Source of the DNA: Bacteroidales bacterium
GTDB taxonomy: Bacteria; Bacteroidota; Bacteroidia; Bacteroidales; UBA4417
NCBI GenBank assembly: GCA_038204995.1
Contig: JBBRCH010000018.1
Span: forward strand, 383 to 64,382
Direction: 5' to 3'
DNA length: 64,000 nucleotides
Both the position numbers and the translations under genes were made by a program. How positions within the stretch are numbered: position 1 is the first letter of the stretch; each line of letters starts with the position of its first letter. The notes below the pieces were generated by a model, which saw only the letters and a list, made by a program, of their open reading frames with translations, was not told the origin of the DNA and made no database searches. Of this stretch, positions 1 through 8,936 are shown piece by piece.

Positions 1-246
1 CTTATGTTAACAGCCTACAATCTGCGCCGGATTATAAACCTTATTGGCATCGAAATGCTCAAAAAGCACCTGAGTGCTTTGTTTTTTATTTTCGGGTCAA
101 TTTGGACGCATTTTAAGCCCATAAGCCGAACTCAATATTTATGGATGAAAAAATATGTATATAAAATCAATATGCCTATATCGAACTATTTTGCTAATTT
201 TATAAGCGGATTAAGTCTGAAAACTGGTTTTGATTTGGGTTTTTAG
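1..246 (+). mobile_element. 3' end of a DDE transposase gene (IS1182/IS5-like), cut by the window edge
   Basis: The frame is open from nt 1 to the stop at 244-246. The translated tail LTAYNLRRIINLIGIEML resembles the conserved C-terminal AYNL+R helix of IS1182-type transposases. The catalytic region and terminal inverted repeats are not visible. Confidence 0.4.
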
Positions 247-285
247 ACGGACTGCCGTTAGCGGGCATTAAAAAAAATCGACTAA

Positions 286-1086
286 ATGAATGGAACTTCT
301 AAGATGAAAAAAATTAAAATTATTGGAATTGGTGTAATCACGATTTTTGTTTTTACTATTTCGTGGTATCTTATTGACAGATTTTCTTATTCTAAGGAAT
401 TACCCTATTATTCTGTAAACATTCAGAAGGATTCAATTTTAACAATTGGTATTATTGGTGATAGTTGGGTAGCTGGCAAAAAACTTGATTCAATTTTGCA
501 AAAAGACCTATTAGAGAATGGATTTAATAACAAAATTATATCTTCTGGACAGTTTGGAGCGAAAAGCAAATTGGTATATCAAAACTTGTTTAAAGAAAAA
601 GGAGACGAAAATTCTTCGAAATTTATAATTGAGAATAATCCTGCCTATTGTATTGTAATTGCTGGTGTAAATGATGCGGCTGGACAAGTTGGTGCAAATT
701 TCTATTCTCACCATATGTTATTAATCATAAACACTCTGTTGCATTACAAAATCAAGCCAATTTTAGTTGAACTGCCAGAATTTGGAATTATCGAGACTAC
801 AAATCAAATGGGCTTCATAAAAAAAGAACAAAACAAAATATATGCAAAATTCACTAATTCAGGCGAATTGGACAATATTGAAACATATAGAAAAGAATTT
901 GTACAAGAATTAGAATATAAGAACTTGAAAGATAGCATCATTCTGATTGACTTTGACAATGTTTGTGGAGATTACAATATATGTCCTGAGCTTTATGTAA
1001 ATTCGTCACATTTATCAATAAAAGGGAATGTAAAGCTTTGTCAAATAATTATTGATGAATTGATTAGAACAATTAATGCCCGGTGA
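286..1086 (+). CDS. SGNH/GDSL-family hydrolase with N-terminal membrane anchor or signal
   Basis: 266 aa. It has an N-terminal hydrophobic helix (IKIIGIGVITIFVFTISWYL), a block I GDS motif (IGIIGDSWVAG), a block III-like VIAGVNDA and a C-terminal SSHLS at the DxxH-like position. An alternative ATG lies at 304. Confidence 0.7.
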   Translation: MNGTSKMKKIKIIGIGVITIFVFTISWYLIDRFSYSKELPYYSVNIQKDSILTIGIIGDSWVAGKKLDSILQKDLLENGFNNKIISSGQFGAKSKLVYQNLFKEKGDENSSKFIIENNPAYCIVIAGVNDAAGQVGANFYSHHMLLIINTLLHYKIKPILVELPEFGIIETTNQMGFIKKEQNKIYAKFTNSGELDNIETYRKEFVQELEYKNLKDSIILIDFDNVCGDYNICPELYVNSSHLSIKGNVKLCQIIIDELIRTINAR

Positions 1087-1599
1087 CAAAGTGTAGCAGA
1101 AATAAGGGGTTAAGTGGTAATTCAAGCATTCTGCCCCGCACAAATATTTGTGCGTGTGGAAGGACGAAGCGAGCATTCCTTTACTAACGATACACTCGGC
1201 CGTTATAGGCAAATTTGACACCGTCCTAAAATATGTCTGCACAAAACCAAGTAGACCTCCGGTTGGCGCGCAACTTATTTCCTATCACATGTCAGTATTT
1301 TTTACTTATGAATTGAATACTATGCCGAACACGTTATATAACGTGCCCGAACCTAGAAAATCCTTGCTTCCAGGAAACTGCTTTTCCCCGTCAGGGGAAA
1401 AATATCAGAAGAAATGACAAGTGTTGTTTTGTCATTCCCCGGAGGGGATATACCAAAAAGCCCGATTGTGAATGCCCTACGGGCAAAATGATGTATCTCC
1501 TTCTGTTTTTATTGAAATTAATGCCCTACAGTCAAAAAATATTTGTTAATTTGAGCTTATCAGCTGCCCCTGAATTGAGCTGAAGTTCCCAAAACATCA

Positions 1600-1607
1600 T
1601 ACCTTTG
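1600..1607 (+). promoter_or_regulatory. Candidate Bacteroidota -7 promoter box (TAnnTTTG) upstream of ispE
   Basis: TACCTTTG lies about 90 nt upstream of the ispE ATG, with a TTG 22 nt further upstream (1575-1577). This is a motif match only. Confidence 0.3.
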
Positions 1608-1695
1608 TAAAAGAAAATTTTAAACCGGTCGAACTCATCGAAGCTAAATTTTGAAATCCCGCTTGTAACCTGGCAAGTCTTCAAACAAAAACAAA

Positions 1696-2517
1696 ATGAT
1701 CACCTTTCCCAACAGTAAAATTAACCTGGGCCTTTGGGTAACAGAGCGCCGCCATGATGGCTATCATAACATTCAAACTGTTATGTTTCCTGTTCCCTGG
1801 TGCGATATCCTGGAAATAGTATCTGCAACGGGTGTCGATACCACGCTTACTGTAACGGGTATTCACATTGAGTCACCGATTGAGAATAATCTATGCTACA
1901 AAGCCTGGCGTTTGTTCGATGATAAATATGGAATTCCGCCGGTATCGATTCACCTGCATAAAGTTATTCCCGCAGGAGCCGGTTTAGGCGGAGGTTCCTC
2001 GGATGCATCCTTTACCTTACGAATGCTGAATTCCATATTTAATCTGAACCTGGATAGTGAAATCCTTCGTTCATTTGCTGTTCAGCTGGGAATGGATTGC
2101 CCGTTCTTTATTGAAAATGTTCCGGCACTTTCAACCGGGAGAGGCGAATTTCTGAAACCGGTTTCACTGAATTTGGACGGATATTCCGTGGTAATTGTCA
2201 AACCTCCGGTTCATGTGAGCACCGCGGCAGCTTTTTTAGGCATAAAACCCGAATTCAGGAAACATTCAATCGACGAATTTACTTCTCTGCCTTTGCAGGA
2301 TTGGAAAAAGAAATTGCACAATGATTTTGAAGAAAGTATTTTCGAATTGTATCCCGAAATACAGGAAATCAGGAATTTGCTATACAGGCATGGTGCAATA
2401 TTTGCAGCCATGAGCGGAAGCGGGTCAGCAGTATTCGGGCTTTTTTTCGGAAATCCCATGCAAATGGAGTTCCCCGGCTGCGATATTTTTCAGACTTTAC
2501 TTGGGAGCCAGTCGTAA
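1696..2517 (+). CDS. ispE: 4-(cytidine 5'-diphospho)-2-C-methyl-D-erythritol kinase
   Basis: 273 aa. It has the N-terminal KINLGLWV motif and the GHMP-kinase ATP motif PAGAGLGGGSSDA. Length and overall pattern are typical of IspE. Confidence 0.93.
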   Translation: MITFPNSKINLGLWVTERRHDGYHNIQTVMFPVPWCDILEIVSATGVDTTLTVTGIHIESPIENNLCYKAWRLFDDKYGIPPVSIHLHKVIPAGAGLGGGSSDASFTLRMLNSIFNLNLDSEILRSFAVQLGMDCPFFIENVPALSTGRGEFLKPVSLNLDGYSVVIVKPPVHVSTAAAFLGIKPEFRKHSIDEFTSLPLQDWKKKLHNDFEESIFELYPEIQEIRNLLYRHGAIFAAMSGSGSAVFGLFFGNPMQMEFPGCDIFQTLLGSQS

Positions 2518-3582
2518 CAGGATAATGGCTACTATGGAGTAAATAATGTTCGGGATCCATAAAGCAATCCATGCCGGCAGGTTGCCGAATACAGCAAATA
2601 CCGAGGTTATCTGCAGCAGCAGTATAAAAGTAAAGGCAATGCCTATGCCCATCCCAAGATGCATGCCAATTCCACCCCTGACTTTACGGCTCGAAAGCGC
2701 GACACCAATAAAAGTTAATACAAGATTAGCAAAAGGGAAGGTGAGCCGTTTGTATTTTTCGAGGTCAAATTGTCCGCTCAGTGTGCTTCCCCGCATTTTC
2801 TCGCGCTCAATAAATTTATTCAGTTGGTTGTATGTTAATAGTTTGGCATCCTCAATGTCGACCATAAAGTCGGCAGGTATAAATTGCATCACCGTATCGG
2901 TTTCGCGCCCCTGGTAAATTATTTCACCTTTCGGCTCTAATTTACGAAGCATATAGTTGCTCATCTTCCAACTGTTCTGTATGCTGTCCCAGGTAATCAT
3001 ATCTGCTTTCAGTTTCAGCTTCAGGCCTGTACTGTCAAATTTTTCGAGGGTAAACTTGTACCCGACTTTACCTATATTATTAAAATTCTCAACATAAAGG
3101 TAGGTACCCGGTTCAAGAATGATGTGCATATTCATCTGGGGCCTGTTGAACGGGTTTTTGATGTATTGCTTTTCGAATGCTCTTAAATCCCTGTTAGTAA
3201 AGGGAATTACATAGTTCATAAGTGCGAATGAAAGCAAGGTCAGGAAGATTCCTGAAATAAGGTAGGGTACCAACATCCGCCAGAAACTTATTCCTGCGTT
3301 CAGAATGGCTACAATCTCGGTGTTCGATGCCATACGCGAAGTGAAATAAACAACCGCGATAAATGTGAACAATCCGCTGAACATGTTCACGAAGTAGGGA
3401 ATAAAATTAAAATAGTACTGAAAAATAATAGCACTTAGCGGGGCATCTTTTTCAATAAAATCGTCGATCTTTTCCGAAATATCGAAAATAATAATGATAA
3501 CCGTGAGTAGAAGGATGGAATAGAAATAGGTCCCCAGGAACTTGCGGATAATATAAATATCAATTTTTTTTAGTCCTAGCAC
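2497..3582 (-). CDS. LptF/LptG (YjgP/YjgQ) family LPS export permease
   Basis: 361 aa. It starts LKKIDIYIIRKFLGTYF as in this family. It has three N-terminal TM helices, a soluble middle region and three C-terminal TM helices. Its 3' end overlaps the ispE 3' end by 21 nt (convergent). Confidence 0.85.
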   Translation of the reverse strand: MLGLKKIDIYIIRKFLGTYFYSILLLTVIIIIFDISEKIDDFIEKDAPLSAIIFQYYFNFIPYFVNMFSGLFTFIAVVYFTSRMASNTEIVAILNAGISFWRMLVPYLISGIFLTLLSFALMNYVIPFTNRDLRAFEKQYIKNPFNRPQMNMHIILEPGTYLYVENFNNIGKVGYKFTLEKFDSTGLKLKLKADMITWDSIQNSWKMSNYMLRKLEPKGEIIYQGRETDTVMQFIPADFMVDIEDAKLLTYNQLNKFIEREKMRGSTLSGQFDLEKYKRLTFPFANLVLTFIGVALSSRKVRGGIGMHLGMGIGIAFTFILLLQITSVFAVFGNLPAWIALWIPNIIYSIVAIILLRLAPK

Positions 3583-3684
3583 CTCTTGAGGAAATTTTTA
3601 TTGGATTTGGATTTTCAAAAGTACAAAAGTGTTCAATAGCTACAACCTTGCATCTTTAACAAGTAGTGGAAAGATGGAATTGCA

Positions 3685-4815
3685 TCAGAGTCTTACAGCC
3701 AGCTGTTTAACCATAGTTGATTTCCAACGGATAAAATCGCCTTCCCCGATATGCCTGCGGGCTTCGCGTACCAGCCACTGGTAGAAAGCAAGATTATGTA
3801 TACTCGCAATCATAGGCCCAAGCATTTCGCCTGCTTTAAACAAATGTTTTACATAGGCGCGGCTGTATTCATGATCGACAAAGGCAGTGCCTTCCTCATC
3901 AAGCGGCGAAAAGTCATCTTTCCACTTTTCGTTTCTCAGATTTACAGTTCCTTTACTGGTAAATAGCTGGCCGTTGCGCCCGTTGCGGGTAGGCATTACA
4001 CAGTCGAACATGTCAATTCCGAGGGCAATATTTTCGAGGATATTGGCCGGTGTACCCACTCCCATAAGGTAACGGGGTTTATCAGCAGGCAGTATTCCGC
4101 ATACAAGCTCGGTCATTTCATACATCTGTTCGGTGGGTTCGCCTACTGATAATCCACCGATAGCATTTCCGTCAGCATGGTGGCCGGCGATTTCTTCAGC
4201 TGATTTTATCCGAAGGTCGCGGAAAGTGCTACCCTGTACGATCGGAAACAGCGATTGCTCATAGCCGTAATGCGGTTCAGTCTCCTTAAACCTGCTCATG
4301 CAGCGGGTAAGCCACCTGTGGGTAAGATCGAGCGACTTCCGTGCATATTCATAATCGCAGGGCCAGGGAGTACACTCATCAAACGCCATTATAATATCAG
4401 CGCCTATTACACGCTGGATGTCCATTACATATTCCGGCGTAAACAGGTGTTTAGACCCATCGATATGCGAATTAAAAACTACACCATTTTCATTGAGTTT
4501 GCGCCTTTCGGTGAGCGAATAAACCTGGTATCCGCCGCTATCAGTAAGTATAGGTCCCTGCCAGCCGTTGAATTTATGCAATCCGCCTGCCTTAGCCAGT
4601 ATATCGAGCCCGGGCCTCAGGTACAAATGATAGGTATTGCCCAGGATAATCTGCGCTTTTATATCATCTCTGACTTCGCGCATATGAACCGCTTTAACAG
4701 CACCGGCAGTACCCACAGGCATAAATGCAGGCGTTTCAATCGCACCATGAGCAGTGGTAATGGTTCCTCTTCGTGCAGCGCTTTGCGGATCAGTTATCTT
4801 TAGTTCGAATTGCAT
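3685..4815 (-). CDS. tgt: tRNA-guanine transglycosylase (queuine tRNA-ribosyltransferase)
   Basis: 376 aa, with a full-length Tgt pattern: TPAFMPVGT, LTDSGGYQ, GGLSVGE and FDCVMPTRNGRNG. Confidence 0.95.
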   Translation of the reverse strand: MQFELKITDPQSAARRGTITTAHGAIETPAFMPVGTAGAVKAVHMREVRDDIKAQIILGNTYHLYLRPGLDILAKAGGLHKFNGWQGPILTDSGGYQVYSLTERRKLNENGVVFNSHIDGSKHLFTPEYVMDIQRVIGADIIMAFDECTPWPCDYEYARKSLDLTHRWLTRCMSRFKETEPHYGYEQSLFPIVQGSTFRDLRIKSAEEIAGHHADGNAIGGLSVGEPTEQMYEMTELVCGILPADKPRYLMGVGTPANILENIALGIDMFDCVMPTRNGRNGQLFTSKGTVNLRNEKWKDDFSPLDEEGTAFVDHEYSRAYVKHLFKAGEMLGPMIASIHNLAFYQWLVREARRHIGEGDFIRWKSTMVKQLAVRL

Positions 4816-5028
4816 TCGTATTTAAGTGTGTGAGTAAACAAAAAATATTGAGAAAACCGTTTCAGCACTATGCGTCGCGAATGAAAATCCGGGAATCCAA
4901 CAATGTATTGATTAACAAAAGAATAATAATTGGCGCTATCTGCCAGTAAAACAATGTTTTATATGCCGGAATAGCTGTTATAAACTTTTTTGCAAAGATA
5001 GATCATAATTCAGTTCAGAGTAATACTT

Positions 5029-6189
5029 TTGTCAGTTCAATTCACGATATTGATGCTCCGGGATTATTTCGAACAGGATCCGTTTTTATTTATCACTCTC
5101 ACATTGCTGGCATTTGCCACTTTGATTCAGCTGATTTATTATTGGTTCATTTATGGTAAACTGGCTTTTTTTAATCAGAAAAATGAGTTTGTTCGTTCCG
5201 ATCAGCCCGTTTCGGTGATCGTATGCGCGCGCGACGAATATTATAACCTGAAAGAAAACCTTCCCTTGCTGCTTACGCAGGATTATTCGGCATACGAGGT
5301 TGTTGTTGTTAACCATGGCTCGGAAGATGAGACGCACTATTTACTACGTGATCTTGCCGATGAGTACAATAATCTGAAGATTGTAAATGTGTCGCAGGAT
5401 CTCAATTTCTTTACAGGAAAGAAATTTCCGCTTTCGATAGGTATAAAATCAGCTAAAAATGAGGTACTGTTGTTTACGGATGCCGATTGCAAACCCCGAA
5501 GCAACCAATGGTTACGGAGGATGGCAGCCAATTTTACCGAGGATACCGAGATAGTGATTGGTTATGGCGCTTACAGCAAATCGAAATCGCTGCTTAACCT
5601 GCTGATAAGGTTTGATACGACTCGTGTTGCCATGAATTACTTCAGTTTTGCACGCATTGGAATGCCATATATGGGAGTAGGCAGGAATATGGCTTATCGT
5701 AAATCGTTATTTTACAGGCAGAATGGTTTCATTTCACATTACCGCATACAATCAGGCGACGACGATTTATTTATCAATAAAGCGGCTACGAAAAATAATA
5801 CACGAATTGAAATTCAGGCTGATGCGCATACGATAAGTGCACCAAAATCATCATTAAATCATTGGCTACGGCAGAAACGCAGACACCTTATGACAGGCGG
5901 ATATTATAAACCGCGGCATAAATTTATGCTGGGTTTATTTGCGGCTTCACAGGTTTTTTTCTGGGCATTGGCAATAGGCTTACTTATATTCTGGTATCAG
6001 CCTTACGTTGTTTTAGGACTGGTAGGTGTGCGCTTCTTCAGCCAGTTGTTTATCACCCGAAAAGTAATGAAGAAACTCTCCGAAAAGGGATTTCTGTTCC
6101 TCGTGCCTTTCTTTGAACTTTTTCTAATGATCGTAAGTTCCATACTTGCTTTTGCAAATATGTTGAACAAACCTGTTAAGTGGAGATAG
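5029..6189 (+). CDS. Membrane-bound glycosyltransferase family 2
   Basis: 386 aa. An N-terminal TM helix is followed by GT-A motifs VSVIVCARDE and FTDADC (DxD), then C-terminal TM helices. The start is TTG at 5029; the first ATG is at 5053. Confidence 0.8.
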   Translation: MSVQFTILMLRDYFEQDPFLFITLTLLAFATLIQLIYYWFIYGKLAFFNQKNEFVRSDQPVSVIVCARDEYYNLKENLPLLLTQDYSAYEVVVVNHGSEDETHYLLRDLADEYNNLKIVNVSQDLNFFTGKKFPLSIGIKSAKNEVLLFTDADCKPRSNQWLRRMAANFTEDTEIVIGYGAYSKSKSLLNLLIRFDTTRVAMNYFSFARIGMPYMGVGRNMAYRKSLFYRQNGFISHYRIQSGDDDLFINKAATKNNTRIEIQADAHTISAPKSSLNHWLRQKRRHLMTGGYYKPRHKFMLGLFAASQVFFWALAIGLLIFWYQPYVVLGLVGVRFFSQLFITRKVMKKLSEKGFLFLVPFFELFLMIVSSILAFANMLNKPVKWR

Positions 6190-6279
6190 TGCAGAACACG
6201 CAACCCAAACAACAAATCACTGATTATTTGGTTATAAGTATAATTCTCAGCTGGTAAGTGGTTTCATAAAATTAGCATA

Positions 6280-6879
6280 GTGGTTAAATCAGTAAGCATT
6301 GATGGTATCAGTAAGTCCGAACGTGATCTGAGTTTGGTAAAGCAGATATTGGAATCGGGCAACAGGGCTGCTTATACCCAACTGATGGATGAATACTTCG
6401 AAAAAGTTTATACCCGGATGCTGAAAATGACCGGACAGGCAGGCGATGCCGAGGATCTGACCATGGAAGCCTTTAATAAAGCTTTCAGTAAACTCGATCA
6501 GTACACTCCGGAATTTGCTTTCAGTACCTGGCTCTATCGCATAGCAAAGAACAATTGTATAGATTACCTGCGGCGGAATAAAAAGGATAATGACACGCTG
6601 GTGAACCAGCAGGAAGCAGGGCTGGGAATTACTGCGCACGAAATGGCTAATCAGCTGCCAAGCCCGGAGCAACTCATGATCACACAGCAGGAAACACGCT
6701 TACTGCGGGAAATTGTTGATACACTTCACCCCAAATATAAGGAGATCATAAATCTACACTATTTTAATGAGTTATCATGCGAGGAAATCGCTGCACAACT
6801 CGATCTTCCTGAAGGCACGGTAAAAGTACGTTTGTTCAGGGCCAGGGAGTTGTTGTATAATATAATGCGTAAGTCTTGA
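6280..6879 (+). CDS. ECF-type RNA polymerase sigma-70 factor
   Basis: 199 aa. It has sigma region 2 (FSTWLYRIAKNNCIDYLRR) and a region 4 HTH (LSCEEIAAQLDLPEGTVKVRLFRARELL). The start is GTG. No anti-sigma gene follows, because the next gene is convergent. Confidence 0.9.
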   Translation: MVKSVSIDGISKSERDLSLVKQILESGNRAAYTQLMDEYFEKVYTRMLKMTGQAGDAEDLTMEAFNKAFSKLDQYTPEFAFSTWLYRIAKNNCIDYLRRNKKDNDTLVNQQEAGLGITAHEMANQLPSPEQLMITQQETRLLREIVDTLHPKYKEIINLHYFNELSCEEIAAQLDLPEGTVKVRLFRARELLYNIMRKS

Positions 6880-6897
6880 AATAGTTTAAGTGACGCA

Positions 6898-6960
6898 GGA
6901 GACAGGAGACAGAAAACAGGAGACAGGAGACAGGAGACAGGAAACAGGAGAAAGAGGAAG
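6898..6960. repeat. Heptanucleotide tandem array, consensus GGAGACA, about 9 units
   Basis: It reads ggagaca ggagaca gaaaaca ggagaca ggagaca ggagaca ggaaaca ggagaaa gaggaag. It sits between the convergent sigma-factor and patatin genes. Confidence 0.9.
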
Positions 6961-7063
6961 GAAAGGGTGAAGCCAAAAAAACCGGGTTATAGTATACTGG
7001 AATTCTGAAACCTTGATATTTTCAATTGGTTGTAATACATACACTCTGACTTTTCAAGATACT

Positions 7064-7978
7064 CTACTCACTTTTAACGACTTTCGTTCCTTTCATCGCT
7101 TTCCTGCATGCCATCCGGCCTGCTTCTATCAGCTCTTCTGCTTTGTAGAAATCAAAAGTTGAAGCAATATCCACCGAAGTTTCCACTACTATATCGGGTT
7201 TATATTTTTCAATATAAATTTCTGCAGCTTTATTCTGTGCGAGGATGATTGATTCAGAGATTATATCAAACACATTTTCAGGTTTTGGTTTGGATTGTTT
7301 TCCGTTCCTGTATTTTTCAACATAGTGTTCAACTACTCCCGACCATTTTTCGTTAAGGGCAGTGCGGACTTTGGCATAATATTTCTCAAATTCAGCATGC
7401 TCCGGCTTTTTATGAGGCGGATCGTATAAAATATTAGCATTTACATTTACAGCGATAAGGATATCGCCTTCCTGGCGCTTTACAAGGTCAAGCGGTAAGG
7501 GATTCAGAACGCCGCCATCTACCAGCATCATACCATCATAAGTAACAGGAAGGAAAACAGTTGGAATTGAACTGGAAGCCCTTATGGCCTTCAATAAACT
7601 ACCTTTATCGAAGATAAATTCTTTATGGCCCTTCAGGTCAGCTGCTACACATGAAAAGGGAATTGGCATGTCTTCGATATTAACATCCCCGATATATTCC
7701 TCAAGGACTTTCATGATTTTTTCACCTTTTATAAGGCCACCATGCCCGATTGTCAGGTCCATGAATTTGATAACATCCATTTTTGTGAACGAGAGCAGCC
7801 ATTCTTTAAATCCGGGTAATTTGCCTATGGCATGCAATCCGCCAACCAACGCTCCCATCGATGTGCCTGCAATCGAAGTTATAGTGTATCCTGATTTAAT
7901 AAGTTCTTCTATAACGCCAATGTGGGCCACACCCCTGGCTCCACCACTCGAAAGAACTAATGCTACATTGCGGGACAT
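7064..7978 (-). CDS. Patatin-like phospholipase
   Basis: 304 aa. It has the GGARG oxyanion motif, the GTSMG (GxSxG) nucleophile and the VDGG catalytic Asp motif. Confidence 0.9.
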   Translation of the reverse strand: MSRNVALVLSSGGARGVAHIGVIEELIKSGYTITSIAGTSMGALVGGLHAIGKLPGFKEWLLSFTKMDVIKFMDLTIGHGGLIKGEKIMKVLEEYIGDVNIEDMPIPFSCVAADLKGHKEFIFDKGSLLKAIRASSSIPTVFLPVTYDGMMLVDGGVLNPLPLDLVKRQEGDILIAVNVNANILYDPPHKKPEHAEFEKYYAKVRTALNEKWSGVVEHYVEKYRNGKQSKPKPENVFDIISESIILAQNKAAEIYIEKYKPDIVVETSVDIASTFDFYKAEELIEAGRMACRKAMKGTKVVKSE

Positions 7979-8062
7979 ATCATCAATATTAAAATATACG
8001 TAAAACTATTACTAATCTAATTCAGAAAAGGGTATGAATGAGTTTCTACAAATATAGTTAAA

Positions 8063-8761
8063 TCAAATATATTCAGGAAGTATTGGAATAATATTTTTCA
8101 ATGAAATTGTGTTAATAATGGACGGAGAATACGGTAAAAGTCCGCATACTGCCATCATGTAATCGTCAGAAATCTGATAGGTTTCAATCCGGTATTGCCG
8201 GGCTTCTTCGTTGCCCGTAAGTGAGTAAATTTCACCGCTTTTAATGATTGTAAACGAATTCAGCTGTTGTGTAAGTCCACGGCCTATTGCTTTCAGGTAG
8301 CTTTCCTTTATAGTCCATAAGGTTATAAAATAGTGCATCCGGCTTTCTTCGTCGCATGCCATCAGGTCATGTATTTCAGGTGCTGAAAAAAACCTTTCTG
8401 CAATACGAAGGTTAACTTTCCGGACTCTTTCCACGTCAATACCCACCCCGGTTGAAGAAGTAGCGCAAACCACATAATGCCCCGAATGTGAGATATTAAA
8501 ATGCACCTGGTCCAGTTTTTCGAAACGGGGTTTGCCATTTGTACCAAAGGCAAGCCGCAGATCCGGGTCATATCTCCCGATATATTGCCCTACCGAATAA
8601 CGGGCAAGCAATTCGCCTGCAATAGTCTGAAGTTTACTGGTGCGATTTAGCCTGTCCTTAACACGTATCTTTCCGGCCTCAGGCAGGTACTGAAGAAGCA
8701 AATCCAGGTATTCAGGAGTGTATTCTTCTTCTTCAAGTTGCAGGACAAAGACTTTGATCAT
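8063..8761 (-). CDS. Sfp-type 4'-phosphopantetheinyl transferase
   Basis: 232 aa. It has GKPRF, FNISHSG, GIDVE and WTIKESYLKAIG, the classical PPTase motif set. Confidence 0.85.
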   Translation of the reverse strand: MIKVFVLQLEEEEYTPEYLDLLLQYLPEAGKIRVKDRLNRTSKLQTIAGELLARYSVGQYIGRYDPDLRLAFGTNGKPRFEKLDQVHFNISHSGHYVVCATSSTGVGIDVERVRKVNLRIAERFFSAPEIHDLMACDEESRMHYFITLWTIKESYLKAIGRGLTQQLNSFTIIKSGEIYSLTGNEEARQYRIETYQISDDYMMAVCGLLPYSPSIINTISLKNIIPILPEYI

Positions 8762-8887
8762 ATAAATCGGACAGGTATTCTATTGGTTAGTGCGATTGAT
8801 AGTATGTTCCGGGTTCCGGGTTGCAAAATTACGGATGATAAAGTGCCTATGGAACGCGAACAAAATGGGAAAAATAGTCGGAAGTCT

Positions 8888-8931
8888 CTCCTTTACTCCA
8901 TATCTCCGTTCTCCATTCTCCGTTCTCCTTT
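8888..8931. repeat. Short array with roughly 7-nt periodicity (CTCCGTT/CTCCATT units)
   Basis: It reads ctccttta ctccatat ctccgtt ctccatt ctccgtt ctccttt. It lies immediately downstream of the dipeptidase stop codon (8937-8939, minus strand). Confidence 0.75.
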
Positions 8932-8936
8932 AAACT

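Noticed and set aside
1148-1417. 89-aa ORF in the 609-bp spacer before ispE
   Set aside because: It overlaps the hairpin-rich region, has no motif and has an improbable composition. I treat it as non-coding.
2546-2917. 123-aa plus-strand ORF inside the LptF/G gene
   Set aside because: It is antisense to a well-supported membrane protein gene and has no motifs or start context.
4255-4803. 182-aa plus-strand ORF inside tgt
   Set aside because: It is entirely antisense to a full-length, motif-rich tgt gene. The translation is low-complexity with no recognisable motif, so it is a shadow ORF.
6898-6960. The short-period arrays here, at 22831-23012 and at 60742-60985, and the PKD-like repeats, considered as possible CRISPR arrays
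   Set aside because: The units are 7-8 nt (or about 257 nt inside an ORF) with no unique spacers of 25-40 nt, and there are no cas genes in the window.
7064-7978. Patatin-like lipase as a CBASS-type defence effector
   Set aside because: There is no adjacent cyclase/nucleotidyltransferase or other defence gene. The neighbours are a PPTase and a convergent sigma factor. It looks like an ordinary RssA-type patatin.
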